Part shown: one piece after another, positions 26,037-40,189 of the stretch
Layout of the letters: every line of letters begins with the position of its first letter
Position numbering within the stretch: the first letter of the stretch is position 1
From: Camelus ferus
Lineage: Eukaryota
Assembly: GCF_009834535.1 (NCBI RefSeq)
Contig: NC_045697.1
Coordinates: 90,398,001-90,462,000 of the forward strand
Reading direction: 5' to 3'
Length of the DNA stretch: 64,000 nucleotides
Made by a program: the position numbers and the translations under genes
The notes under the pieces: model-generated
Database searches by the model: none
The model's input: the letters and a program-made list of their open reading frames with translations, nothing else
What the model was told of the DNA's origin: nothing

Positions 26037-29000
26037 TAAAATATGATGTCAAAATGTCTTTAAGTATGCTTAGATGACTTTTATGCATACCTATCTAATT
26101 ACTTCCTGAGGTATTAATCTTCCAAAAGTCATCAGACAATTCTCTATCACATTGTAGTACCTTCACAGTTCACCAAATCAATGCATTACACTGCCAACCT
26201 ATAAACCATTATTTATCAAATGATAAATTATATATCAATTATTCACTGGAAGTTTGTTTATAACAATATCTTAACAAATGATGGTCAGTAGTGGCACCAA
26301 AAGTAAGATACATAAACTTACCTCACTGAAAATTCTACAGTAGCATTTGTAAGTTTCAAATTTTATTATTATTAAATTTCTAAGCATTACAAAGTTACCC
26401 TTATTTACTGCTGACATTTATGCTTTTAAATTGTTCCTTTGTTGCTTCCCTTTAATTCCCTATACAAGACTCGTAGTTCTAAATATAAATTATACAAGAT
26501 ATAGGAAAACAATTACTGATTAATTATAGCAAAAAATAATAATTTTCAGAGTTCCTCAAGTACTTATTAAGCTGTTTGCATAGCCCAATGCTGACATTTG
26601 TAGAAAATGTTATTCAGTAAAGAAACTGTAAGATTTTCCTTCTATTACATGAGCAGTGGCTCGTGTAAAGGCCAGCAGACTGTATTAATGTGTTTACTTT
26701 GTGAATCTGCTACAAAAAGGACAATCTGACAATTCCAAACAAGGATCATTATACACTGTGAAAAAATAAATCACATAAAAAAAGAAGGCAACTATTTTAG
26801 ACATCATTCATATAATGAACAAAAAATTTTTATAGTTTATATTTTAATATCATGGCCCATATTTAAAAGGTATCATTTTAATCTGAGAAGTACTAGAATG
26901 TTTCAAACATTGGAATTTTAGAAAGGATAAATAAAATTGTACATTCATAACACATCCTCACAAACCAAGTAAAAGGAAACAAAATCACTGATAAAGAGCC
27001 AGACATATCATAAGTGTCATGTCTCAGCTATTCTATTTACTATAAAGCACGAATAGTGTATTACCTACCTCATTTAAATTAACAACATTTCTCCAACAGT
27101 AAATTCTATGGATTTTTTAAGGAGTTTTCCATTCCTTTTAGACTTCATCCATTTCCTTCATGAACTAACCCAGGAAATAATTATTATTCTTCCATTTGCA
27201 TTTTTTTAACTTTCTTATCAATGCTTTTGTTTTCTCATAACCAAAATGCACAGAATTCTTGCTTTGTGTTTGTAGGGTATTCAATAATCCCACTCAACAC
27301 TTGGCATCACTCACCCCAACCTATCTTTACTAAGGCAGTAATCCCTTTCCTCAGAGGTGCTGCATCATTCTGACAATCTAGGCACTAGTGTAATTTCCTT
27401 TGCCAACACAACAAAGCAGGGAACGCTCTGCACTGCCTCACAAGCACCAGTCCAGTGAGACCATGAGCTCAGCTCTCTCATGGTACAATACCATTGTGAG
27501 AAAATAAAAAGGTCCATGTAATAATGTTTAGATTTTACAGATTCTCTATCAATTTTAATACTACGAATCTCATTTAGAAGAAAATAAAAAGTAATTCAAA
27601 GAAACAACCAATTATCTTTTCCTATTAGGCTCTTGAGTTCACAATAGACTACTCTAGAAAGTCTTCTTGACTGATTTTCCAAATCACGATAAAAGTGATA
27701 TCCACCAACAGGTCTAAACAAAATTCATATTTCCAAGAAGCTAGATAAGAAAAATACACAAGATAGTTCATTTTTTTTCTGGATGTAACTATAAGAAAGG
27801 CTGGTTGAGCAACATTAAACTTGGCTCAATCATGTGATGGTCTCAGTTTGGGATAGAATTGAATTTATAATGTATGACAGCAGCGAAGTTGTAATGTACA
27901 AATTATATAATTTACTTGAACAGTTGCTTCCCATATGTAAAGTAACATATTGCCCAGTTGCATTTTGGTTAAGATTAATCCTACCATTATTCAGGGTAAA
28001 ACAATTTTGTTGAAAACTGGAAATCCCGCAGAAAACATCTCTAAGTCTCTCTGATGAGTCCTGACTTTGTTTCTTTTTATCTTGGAATACTATACAGCTG
28101 CATCCTCCTTTGTAAATGTTCCTGACCTACATTTAGCACATAGTAATTGTCTCGGAAAACGTAACTGTGTCTCACATATTTTACAGATGAGGTAACTACT
28201 GAGGCCATTCAGCCAGATTTCCATGAGCAAACAAAAAATACAATAAAATAAAATTCAGAAATGAGGAAAAGATAGAAGAAAACAACATATCCTTGGGTAT
28301 ATTCCTTTCTAAACATTTAATATTATAAGGAAAACATACTTTGAAGCAAATGGGTCTTTTTCTTTCTAATTTTATATCTCAGCTGATACCAAAGTAGAAC
28401 TCCTACATATTTTAGTATCTATATAATTTATAAATATAAATATATAATATTTATGTAATTTAATAATATTCCCTTCCAGTTAAGTTATACTCCACAAGCA
28501 TTTTATGGGCTGTGGAACAGTCTTACTCATAACCTTAACATTTTAGAGCAAGTTGATGGATAAACAATGTATTTTCTATATTGATGCATAAATGATCTAG
28601 ATCCCAGGATATATCTTCAAAGTTTGAAAATTTACACTGTCCAGTAAAAATCTGTCATTATCACCCTTTGAAAAGGTCCTGAAATTGTAACTATCTATGG
28701 CCAAATATCATTTTCTGAAACCCATCCCCCAAGCATGGATTTATGAATCCCACAGTTGGACAAAGAGAAATTATTCAAGGCAAAGTTTTCCAAATAGGCA
28801 GTTATCCAATAGATTGGAGCCAAGACAATTATCTGGAGGTAATTGCACAGGTTCAACTACAGCTGTGTGGGAAGTATGGACACCAATCAGCTCTGTAAAG
28901 AGTTTGAGTGTCTCCAGGAAGAACAAACTGGGAAGACTGTTTTTGTGTCCTAGGCTATTGGCTGACATAAAGTGAGGAGGAGACTTAAAACATTTGCATA

Positions 29001-29209
29001 TCCATAGTATTTCTATCTCTAATTATATTGTTTATGTTATATAATATTACAATTATAGTATCATAACCTTTTTTGCAACTCTAGAGTATTCAAACAGGAA
29101 ACCAAATAGTAGAAACATAAGACTGGAAACACAATGCAACAATATCAGACACTTTCATGTAGTTACTGCAAAGAAAAATAAGTCTTTAATGTGCAATCTA
29201 GCTATATGT

Positions 29210-29390
29210 AAGCAATCTCATTTGATCCTCTGGATAGCCCAAGAGGTAAGTAGAGAAATTACTATGATCCTTTCACAGACGAGGAAATTAAAGCTCAGAA
29301 AGGTTGAGATATATTCAAAGGTACTCAGCTAGTAAATAAGGACTAAGGATTTAAACCAGGTATTCTTTTTTGAGAACCAGTGCTCTCTTC
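29210..29390 (-). mobile_element. MIR SINE
   Basis: tttcacagacgaggaaattaaagctcagaaaggttgag...cagctagtaaataag...ggatttaaaccagg. Confidence 0.7.
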
Positions 29391-30569
29391 ACACATGCCT
29401 TTTAGGGCAAGCTCTAGCTGAAAGAATGGAAAGTGGCACTGTTCCTGCATAATTAGGAACACACACAAAAAAGACCTTCCTCTCCATCTCCCTCAAAATT
29501 CTTACCATCTCCACTACCACTGCTTCTACCCTACTTGATAAGTAGCACTGTTCTCTACTAAGTCTTATTTTTGGATGAAAGCATTAATGAGAGTTTTTAA
29601 CATTTTAAGGTAATATTCCTTAATATGAATTACTTATTTTTATCAGATATCTTTTTTATTCCTCAGAATAAGAGAGACAGAATTGGCAATGTCTTCAAGA
29701 TAAAGCAAAAAAACTGGTGGCATAAAACACAGAAAGTCATGGATGCCAACACTGAAAATATTTACTAGTGTTGGCCCATTTGAAAAATCATACAATGAGA
29801 AGTATCTAAACATACTCCACTTTCCAGATGCCTTTGAAATCCAACCACAATTTAGCAGAAAGTTCTTACAGAATGAAATCAGCTATTTATGCCCACGTTA
29901 CCATGTATTTTGAGGCCACCACTTAACCAGAGAAAATGTGTTATGTTTATTTAACATCTGTCTTTTGAATTTCACTGTGTGCCATATATTGTGATAAAAT
30001 TCTGGGGTTGAAAGTACAACTAAGATAATATCCTTGCATTCAAGAAACCTGTAATGAAGCAAGGTAGACAAATAACATCTGTGATTATATCCTTTGTAAA
30101 CTCAATTTGTTTAATGACAAGAGAAAATTAACCTGACACCGTCGATGATCCCTCAATGAAGCTCTCTCCTCCATTTGCTTATAAGTCTGGGTGCTTTCCC
30201 CTGTTACCTGTCAGCTTCCCCTCAGATACTTTGTGGGTTCCTGTTGTTCTGCTCATCTCTTAAATGCCAGTGTTCCTCAGTAATCCATCTAGTTCCTCTC
30301 TTCTCCCACAATACAGCCTCTCCCTGGGCTCTCTCAGAAGTTGATGACCCCCAGTCACTGTTTCCTTCATCTGACACCAGTCCTATATATCTACCTGCTT
30401 ACCAGATATCTCCATTAGTGGATGTTTTAGATATTTCATTCCCAAAATGGCTCTACTTTCTCGATTCCCTAGCCAGTGATTGGCAGTATCACCCAAATAG
30501 GACCTCAAACGCACGTATTAGCTTTTATTAATCCCAAAATTTCACTCACTTCATACATTTGATTAAAAG

Positions 30570-32300
30570 TAACTTCATTCATTTATTTATTCATCCAGTC
30601 ATGTGTTAAGTGTCTATTTGGAACCACGTAGTTTGCCAGACACTAGGGTGCCATGCTGACCTAATCACTGTCCTTACAGAGCTCATAGTCTAATCCACAG
30701 ATAAATAAATAGGTAAATATAATACACTGTTATAAATGCCATGATGGCATAGACACAAGGTGCCCTAAGACACACCTGGACTTGAGGTAGGGGTGGGGAA
30801 CAGAAAGGAGGCTTTCTAAAGGAAGACAGATCTAAGATGAAATCCAGAAAATGAGCAAGAGTTAGATAAGTAGGAGTGGGAAGAAAAGATCATGTGCAAA
30901 ATCATGAAATCCAGAGAATATATCACTGGAAAATGAATGGAAAAAACTTTCATATGTCTAGGGCTTAGAATAAAAAAGGTTAAGTGATAAATGCTGAGTG
31001 TCAAGAAGTAGACAGAGCCCATGCTTAAAAGTTTAGGCTATAAGAACAACTAGAAGTCACTGAGGGATTTTAAATAGGTGAATAATAGGTGCATTTGAAT
31101 ATATCCAAAGAGGGAAAGAGTAAGGCATGGAGATGAATAGAAGGCTCTTGCATTAATCCAGATGACAGCTAGATGTCAACTTAACCTAGGAGAATAGCAA
31201 CACAGATAAAAGTTGGCAGATCAGAGAAGGAAGCCTTTTAGAAGGTGGAACAAACAGGATCCAATTATCTTTAGATATGGAACATAAAGGAGAATGACGA
31301 GTCAATAACGATGTTCCAGTTTCTCCTTTGAATAACTGGATGATTTTTAACAAGACTGGAAACAACAGAGGATAAGCAGTCTTGTGGGAAGAGATGATAA
31401 GATGTGTTGTCTTGAAATACTTATAGATAGCCATGTGAAAACATCTAACAGGCAATTGGATATATTGGTCTAGAGTTTGAAGATGACTGTTGAGAATCCA
31501 CTGCCTGGGAATCATCAGCATATAGCTGGTATTTTAAGCCATGAGAACAGATGATCTAGTAAAAGAACTGCAGAATAAAAGGGAAGAAGGCTGCAGGAGA
31601 GACTCCTTCGGGAAAGAGTCCTGCAAAGAGGCATAAGAAAAAAAACACCCAAAAAAAAAAAAAAAGAAAGTGTGTCAAGGTCAGAAGTGTCAAATATCAT
31701 AAAGAGGTCAAATAACGTAAGGATTGAGGCATGTCTCTTGGCTTTAGCAAAGTCACTAGTGACTCTGGAGATAAAAGTTTCAGCCAGGCCAACGAACTAA
31801 TGGAGGAGTGATGGTAGATGCCAGATCTCAGTGAGTTAGGGAAGAAACAGGTGAGGCAACAAGTGTAAGCAATTCTTTCAAGATGTTTGGCTGCAATGGA
31901 GTGAAAAGAGATCAAGAGAATCTAGAAGTGAATGAGAGATCTAAGAATGGTGTGTTTACAAAATGGGAGAAACTTCTACCATATCTAAATTCTGACAGAA
32001 TGTATTAGGAGGAGAAAGGGAGTAATTCATTGAGCAAGGTCCCTGAGAAGATGGTTCCTAAGAAGGTGGTAGGGGATGAGATCCAGAGCTCAGGTAGAGG
32101 GATAATACTCAAGAAAGGATACTTTCTGAAATATAACAGGAGGACATGAGTAAAAGATGGGTATAGTGTAAATTTTCTTTGACACATGTTTATCTGTTAA
32201 GAGAGAAGTAGTTGGAGGATGGCATAAGTGGCTGAAGTCCAAAGAGAATGGAAAAGTTTTTAAAGAACTATTGTGTAGAACTAAAAAAGTAAAATAAAAA
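30570..32300 (-). mobile_element. LINE-2 fragments (minus strand); a plus-strand L2 piece lies at ~30140-30530
   Basis: L2 3' terminus ttcattcatttatttattcatcca...aagtgtcta, then purine-rich L2 body (gaagtcactgagggattttaa, gcaattggatatattggtctagag, aagtcactagtgactctggag). Confidence 0.7.
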
Positions 32301-33167
32301 GATTGCCAAGCCATGTAAAATGTAAGGAAGTTTAGGGAACTATTTTAAGAGTGGATGAGATGATGAACTAGAGAAATTAAAGAGGATGAGGTAGACACAG
32401 GAAAGGCAGGAAGTGACCCATAAAAAGACAAGGACTAGAGGTCCACATGAGGGGAAAAATATAGGAAATAATGAAGGATAAGAAGTGGTAAGAAGGTTTA
32501 TTACTTCTGGGAAGAAATATTAGGTTATGATAAAGTCCAGCATGTGACCATGGAAAAGAATGAAGAAGTAAAAAGAAAAGTTAAGTTGTCTGTTTTCTGG
32601 AGCCAAGTAAATAAAAGAAGGAGATGGTGAACTGTCTGTAAACAGGAACACTGTAGTCCCCTAAGATGACACGACAACTGAAAGAGAAAAGAACACAATG
32701 AGCCAGAAAAGTGAGTCTAAAGGGCCTCAAATGCCACACTCAAATAAGAATTATATCTAATGTTTTAATTTCTTCTAGACTTAAACATACTGTATTGGAT
32801 ACCAAGCCTAAGTTTGTAATTCAAAGTAAAACAATTCCTCCTCTCGAAATCTATTTAAAGTCTCTTGAACTAGGTTAAAAAACAAACAAACAAAAAAAAC
32901 CTAGATCTTGGGGGAAAAAATCCAGACTATACTGGCTATTTCTCCAATGGATTTAAGTATCTGGAGGTGGTGGGGGGTGCTGAATATATGTGAAAATATT
33001 ATTTCCAGTTGTCATTTTGTTAAATATTTCCAAATAGCATTCTCATTTTTACAAAAGTGTTATTTTTCACCAAGCACAATAAAGGACCTTGCAAAAAGAA
33101 GTTTGGCTAAAATTGTTTAAATAATTCTCACTTCACACTAACATTGATCATAGAACCCAGAACTTAC

Positions 33168-33945
33168 CTGTTTTTAGTTAGGACTGTTTTTAGCTGCAAG
33201 TAATAGAAAACCCGACTAACAGTAGCTAGAATAAAAAGGGGTTTATTTTTCTCACGCAAAAAAGAGATAAAGAGGCCAGTGCTGGTACAAATCTTCTAAG
33301 ATCCAGGCCCCTTCTCTCCTACCTCACTACACTTGGCACATTGGCTTGTTGCAAAATTGCTTCCACAGCTTTGCTCATCCTTCATTCAAGGCAGGAAGAA
33401 GAAAGAGAGGAGCACTCAACAGCTATATTTGTCCTTTCAACTAAGAAAACAAAAAGCTTTCCCTGAAGCCTCTGCAGCTAACTTCCCTCAGGTCTCTGTG
33501 CCCCAAAAGGGATCACAAGGCTACAATCAGCTATGCGGAAATCTGGGAAGTAGGGGCAGAAATGCCATGATTAGCTTTGACCAGTAGTTCCCAATCAGTG
33601 GTTCTCCCCCAGGCCCTAGGGAATGTTTTATCATGTGTCAGGACATTTTGGTTATCACAGTGATGAGAAGGAGGCCAATGCCATGAATGGCATCTAGTGC
33701 CTAGAGGTAAGAGATGCCAAAAACACTGAAATGTTAGGAACAATCCCCTACAATGGACATATGCACTGCCCAAAACACCAAAATGCTTCCACTAAGAAAC
33801 ACTGACTCAGGCCAGTTGTGACAAGTCACTGAATTGGGCACATTGCTACTACAAACAAAAGCTGTGTTCCGTTAGCAAAAAATGTGGAGAGTGGGGACAG
33901 GGAGGAGGATGAGATGAATATTGGGCACAACTGACAGTGTCTGCA
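33168..33945. mobile_element. MLT1 (MaLR) LTR interrupted by MER20
   Basis: tagttaggactgtttttagctgcaagtaatagaaaacccgactaacagtagct...; end gaatattgggcacaactgacagtgtctgca. Confidence 0.6.
33581..33805 (+). mobile_element. MER20-type hAT DNA transposon
   Basis: cagtggttctc...caggacattttggttatcacag...tggcatctagtgcctagagg...aagaaacactg. Confidence 0.75.
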
Positions 33946-35829
33946 GCAACTTCTGGTGCTCACAATTATTTTAATTTTTCATTATGGAAAAATTCCAACA
34001 TATACAAAGTAAAAAGAACAGTGAATTCCCATGTACCCATCATTCAGCTTCAACAGTTATCAACATTCTTCCATTTGTTTCACCTTTCCCAGTTTGTTTG
34101 TTTTTTTAATTTTAGTTATTGATCAAGGTTTCCAAGCAAGTTAAAATATAAGAGAAAGCTTAATTGTATAACCAGGAGAGATACTGTCACTTATATCTAA
34201 TTTAAGTCTAATTGTTTTTACATGTTCTACTACTAACAAAGCAAACTGAATTAAAAGAATAACTTCAGTCGGAGGCATATAAAATTTAAGTGAAAATATC
34301 TGGTGAATCCAATTGTACATGAAAGGGGAAAATTCCTTTATTATTCGCAATGCATCTGACTTCTAAGAAGAGAGGAGTCACAATGAAGTTCCTCTGTCGG
34401 CTGATCAGGTCATTGAGTGAGAAGGTAAAAAAAAAATCAGAGAATCCAAAAGAACTGTAATTACAATCTTTAAAAAAAAAAAAGGATTGATGTGAAGAGA
34501 AGAATCTAAGCAGGAAAAGAAGCTAAGACTCAGTGCATGTAGCTTAGAAGCTGTTGGGGTGAAGTTGTGGGGTAGTGAGGAAATGTAATATGGATTGCAC
34601 CAGAAAAAGAATTTTGGAAAATTAACAAGGGGATATGTACTAAGTTTTGCATATACATGTAGTATATATTGTTCTCCTCTCTCCATGAAATCTTCAAAAA
34701 ATTTCTATTTTTCATTAATGCATTAGAGAATTGGATATATATGGGGGAAGCCTTGAAGAGCTGAGTCTTGCTTTAAAACAGTCTTCCCAGAAGGACACTA
34801 CCACATTAAAATTATATTTATATGTGTTAGAGATATTTTAAAAGTATATCTTACTTTTCCCTTTATTATTTGTCACACAAGTAATATAGTAAAATATATA
34901 TACTTAGCATATAGAAGAACAACATATAGGAAATAAAGTCTACTGAAACACTACCTCCAGTAATGAGCAATATAAGCATTTCATTGATTTTTTTCATGCA
35001 AATATTTTAAATGTTTACCAAAAATGGGAGCATGTTAACATATATAGTTTATAATCTGTGAAAAGTTATTTCTTACAGAACAGTAGTGTTCCATTCACAC
35101 AACAGGGAGGAATTAATATACATGTTTAAAATTTTTGAAATTTCTCCAAGTGTGAAGTTTCTCTACCGCCATGCAGAAAGAAGGGGCTTTATATTGTTAA
35201 ACAGCTCGTTAAAGAAAACCTATTTATTTATAACTAATGTGCATTTCTAAAATAATATCAAGAGTAGAAATTAGCCCCTTAAATAAGTGTCATTAGCACT
35301 GATGGAATGTTTGTTCAGAGACACACCAAAACATATCAAACCCAATCTTTCGGTGTTTTTGTTTTGCTTTGTTTTTTCCGTAGTTGTATGTGTTAGATTG
35401 CTGCCAAAACAATTATACCCATTTTTGCATTTTTAGACCCACAATGTCATAGAATCCTGATATTCCAATCTGTACATTTGAGCTATAAAAAGAAAAAAAC
35501 AGGAGGGGAAAAATTATTCCTTTGGGGAAATCATGGATGAAATAATATATATTAATGTAGGTAAAGAAGATATATGGTTAGAGATAAGTGAGAACCAAGT
35601 ATAAAAAATAAAGTATTTTCTGAAATAGGAGGTGGGGATTAGCTATTCAAATACCACTACCTATTCAACCAAGATTAATTCTAGGCAAGTCATTAACTTC
35701 TTACATATTCTTAATCTTAAAGTTATAAAAAATAAACTAATCCATAGTTATCAAATAATTTGTGACTCTGAGAAAACTATTGCAAATTCTGCAGTTTACC
35801 TGGGCTATATATAAGGGATCATTCAGGTA

Positions 35830-36700
35830 TCATTTGTGGTATGCCAGATACTGTCCTAGATACAATTTAGTGAAGATGGTTTCCTGCCTCAAGGAATTCA
35901 GACTCTAGAGAAGACTAATACGTAAACAACTAAGTGAATAAACTTTTATAGTGGAAATAATAGAAGTATATAAAGAATCAAGTATACCCAGAGATCATGA
36001 AACAACTTCTTAAATGAAATGAGTCTTGAATGGAGAATATGGATTCCACAATTGGGCAGGGAAAAATGGGCATTCCGAGCAAAGTAAAGAGATGAAATAA
36101 AAAGCAAAGAAGTATGATATAACATGATGCTTTACAGGATCTTCAAGTAATCTTATGACTAAAGCATAGAATGCAAGGAAGATTATGGTACAAGATGATA
36201 CAACAGAGAGGCAGGGTGCAGCTAATGGAGAGCCACATTGACACATTTGTATCATGTCATACAGTTAATGAGAAGCCACTGAAGCATTTTTAATTGACAA
36301 GTAACATGATCAGATCTTAGAAAGATTTAGCTGGTAGCAGTATTGAGGATGAAATGGAGACATATCAACAAAGATAAGGGAAATCAACTAAAGTAGTCCA
36401 GGCCAAGTGACAATATGCTGAACTTCTCTTTGGAGCAGCAAGAATGGAAAACAGGTAGATTTATATAAGTGACGCTGATAAGATGTTAACAAAGGAGAAT
36501 CAGTTGGACTGTTACTAACCTGACCTTAGTTCAGACCCAGCTCTCCCACCTACCAGCTGTATGACCTTAACCAATTAACATAATTCTCAACTCAGATTTC
36601 TCCTTGACTCTAAAATAAAAATAATTCCTAACTCACAGAGTTGTTGTGAGAATTCAGTAAATCATTGAAATATACTGAATGCCTATCATAGTGTTAGATC
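35830..36700. mobile_element. L2 fragment (minus, ~35830-36480) followed by MIR (plus, ~36500-36700)
   Basis: cctgcctcaaggaattcagactctagag and gagaagccactgaagcattttt (L2); ctgtatgaccttaacc and aactcacagagttgttgtgagaatt (MIR). Confidence 0.6.
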
Positions 36701-36804
36701 AGGTATTTTTATCATCATCATCATCAAAGAAATGAACGCAAAGTTAGTCCTGAGGTTCCTATGTTTGTTATGCGAAGATGAATATTTACTTACAGAGGGA
36801 AAAT

Positions 36805-37175
36805 AAAAATGCTCCTATTACCCAGGAAATTACAAGGGACATAGGAGGTCTGTGTCAGGAGGCAAGGATAAAGACCAGATATAAGAACAAAAGATGCTCC
36901 TGTCAATTAAAGCATTTCCTGAGTTCTGTAAGTCATTCTAACAAATTATCCCACCTGAGGAAGGAGTCATGAGAACATCCAATATACAGATGGCACGTCA
37001 GAAGTATGGATGGCAACCTGAGACTTGCTACTGGCATCTGAAGTTGGGGCACTCTTATGAAACTGAGCCCTTAATCTGTGGGGTCTGTGCTAACTCTCAG
37101 TAGTTAGTGTCAGAATTGAACTAAATTGCAGGACGCCCACTTGGTGTCAGAGAATTGGAGAATTGGTTGTTCAGT
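36805..37175 (+). mobile_element. MER21-type LTR fragment
   Basis: tttcctgagttctgtaagtcattctaacaaatt, ctggcatctgaagttgggg, actgagcccttaatctgtggggtctgtgctaactc, gttagtgtcagaattgaac. Confidence 0.75.
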
Positions 37176-38782
37176 GAAGGGAAAAGTTGTTAGTAAAGAC
37201 AGTTTAGAAAAGAGAATAGCTAATGCAAATGCTGAGTGTCAAACAGAAGTTTCAAGGGCTTTAGGATATTTTCTATTTGCACAGTTAATCCCTAATAGCT
37301 ATATGGTCTCCAAATGATATATTCTACAAAAAAGACTCCTTTCATTCAACTCCCCTTTTTCACATTATTATGATATAATTTTTTGCAGAGTTTTTTCTAC
37401 ATATGGTTCTTCGTATTTACAATACATTGCAGAATTATTTCCGTTGAATCCTATGATCAATATTATACATAGAACAGCCTCTTTTTCTTTTTTTTCTAAT
37501 TTCTTCTCATTACCCAGCTAGCATCATAAATAGAAGGTCATATCTTTGTACGGGAGAGCCTGTAGACAAAGCATACTTTTATTCCATGTTTGACAGACAT
37601 AACAATGTATCTATTCTGCAATCATGTTTAGTACTGAATTCAGGTGAAATACATATCCTTTTTCCCTAATATATAAAACTTAAATTGGCACAGCCAGAGG
37701 CTATCTATCCTGAGTCTTCTCAGCCTACGCTGAGTTAATTCTCTTCCAGTTCTTTTTATCCAGTGCTCAGCCTGGGTATCATGGCTCTAAATTTCTAATT
37801 GCTATAAAATAATTTTCTTCTCTTGAGCTAAGCCTGGTAATATACCTCTAACAGATGACCTCAAGAATATAATTGGTAAAATGTAAAAGCTCAGTCTGAG
37901 AATAATTTTACATATTTTAAATGACCCTAATAGAAATCACAACAGCACCTTCACCCTTGCAAGGGCAGTAAAAAAGACAATAATAATATGCCGAAGCTTA
38001 AAACAATATATCTAAAATGAACTGTTTCTTCTTGTTAAAGTTATCTTTCCATCTTCATACATCCCCAGCAAATAATCACTGTTCAAGATTTCAAACCCAA
38101 AATTATTTCCCTTTAATTTTAGAGAAATGACCAGATTTGGATTCTGCTGGGTTTGTTATGGGAAGGGTGTACTTTAAGATGGGGGGAAAGGGAAAGATGT
38201 TTCCTTTTTCAGTGCCTGCTTTATTCTTCAGAGTAATTTCAAAATCTTCTTATAACATCTTTATTTAAATAATCAAATCCTAAAGCCTGGTCTCTTTAAG
38301 TTTTAACATATAAAAATAATTGGAGCTCTTCTTGAATAATTACCACTAAAACTGACTAGTCATTTATTCTAGGCAGATTTCCTCACATAGATTAAGGTCA
38401 TGGTAGAAAATAAAGTTACATCTGTAAAAACCACCCCAAGATTAGAAGACAGCAACTACAGATATACATGCCAGTTGCAGCTAAAGAGAGTATAGCTGCA
38501 ACTGCCTTAAGTTAAAGAAGTCAAAAAAACCCAAATTTTCCAAAAATATAGTAATAATAAACTTTCCGCTTGTAGAGGGAACCTCCTCCTGCATATAGGT
38601 GAAGAAAGAGGAGTACTCAGAGGAACATGTTCCTACAGTCTTGGGCATTTTCTATAGTCATGATGTTTTAATCACAACTAAGTCACCCTCACTCTCCTTT
38701 CTATCAAGAACATTTATTTATGACCTGGTTGGATGATTGGAGAGTCCAGTTCATGGTGGTTCTGGACATTTTTTTCTAATAA

Positions 38783-39374
38783 TGAGATAGGAGGGAAGGA
38801 GGCAGGGCACAACCTTTAAAAGAACGACATAGCCATTGAGGATACAACAAAAACTGTGTAGAACCTATTAGGTCCAAGAAGGTGAAAGATTCAACTTCCC
38901 ATAGACCTTGAGCCTCTTTAGACACTCGTAATACATTAGCGTGCTAAATGGCACACCCACAGGCACCATGACAGTTCTAAGGCAGCCCATAAAAGGCAAA
39001 AAAGTGAGCAGCGCCCCAATTCCTAGTAATCCCCACCCCTTTCCCAAAATGATTGGAATTATCTTCCCACTTGTTCACATATGAAATTATCCAGCCCATA
39101 AAAACTAACTCAAAACCCCAACCCGCAAAGCTCTTCCTTCTGAGATGGACTGCATTGCCCATGGAACATGTATCTCCTAGAGCCGCTAGCCTTCTGAGAC
39201 CGCAGCACTCTATGGAGCGTTTATCTCCCTGAAGAAACCTGCTTTCACTTTACTATGGCTTGCTCTTGAACTCCTTCCTGCACAAGCCAAAGGGCCCTGA
39301 CTTGGCGGGGCACATCCCAGGGACTCGCCCGAGACCTAGGACATGACCATCCTCTTACATTCCATTTTCCTGCA
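38783..39374 (+). mobile_element. ERV1-class solo LTR, MER41-like
   Basis: TG...CA termini with 4-bp TSD ataa (38779-38782 / 39375-39378); motifs gcacacccacaggcaccatgacagttc, cagcccataaaaac, ttgctcttgaactccttcctg. Confidence 0.75.
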
Positions 39375-40189
39375 ATAAATAGTAAGACTGCTCATATTAA
39401 TTAGCTCTCAAAATTATTCTCAATATATGGAATTACAGGCCAGTCTACCCCTTCCTAATTCCAATTCGATTTATGAATGAGGCACTGAGTCATAAATGGA
39501 GAATATGTCAAGGCAACAGTCTCTCTGAATACTTAATGGTAGCTACATTATTCAAAAAGGCTTCCCAAAATACAGGCATGACTGAAAAAGAGGAAGCCTG
39601 ATGCACCCAGGAGAGGTATAAAGCAGACAGTTGTGGCAGTAAAGGGGCCAGAAGAAACATTTGAGAAAAGGGAGGAAGGTGAAGAGTACAATCAAGTTAA
39701 AGCCATTGAATATTTGAAAATTTGAGAAAATGTTCAACTATACAGCATTAAGTATAAAAACTAAGACAGGAAATTGTATATACATCATGACCTTTTTGAT
39801 ACAATTGTGTATTTTCTCGAAGAAAACATTATCAAAAAAGATACTGAGGGGTTTTGTTTTTTTTTTTTTTGCTAGATTAATGTTGTTCCCCTTTTTCATT
39901 CCACTTTTCTATAGTTTCAATACAAACTGTGCTTTGTGAGATTGTAAAAGTACACGCTACACTCACGTGTTTCAGAAAAATGTGGCTCCTTTCTTTTCCG
40001 TATCGCTGACATCATGCAGCCCTCAAGTTCACTCAGTGGAGCTGGGAAGTAAACCAGTCCATTAAGGTTACTGCTTTTCTTCTGGTTGCTAAATACACAA
40101 TTCCAGGGTAGAACTGTACCCTTCGGGAAAGCAAGGCCTCTCTAGGTAATGGCAGACTGTCACAGGGCTTCCCTCCCCTTGCGTTCTCC

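Noticed and set aside
27460..27484. Inverted repeat accatgag...ctcatggt as a possible structured RNA
   Set aside because: Only an 8-bp stem, expected by chance in 64 kb.
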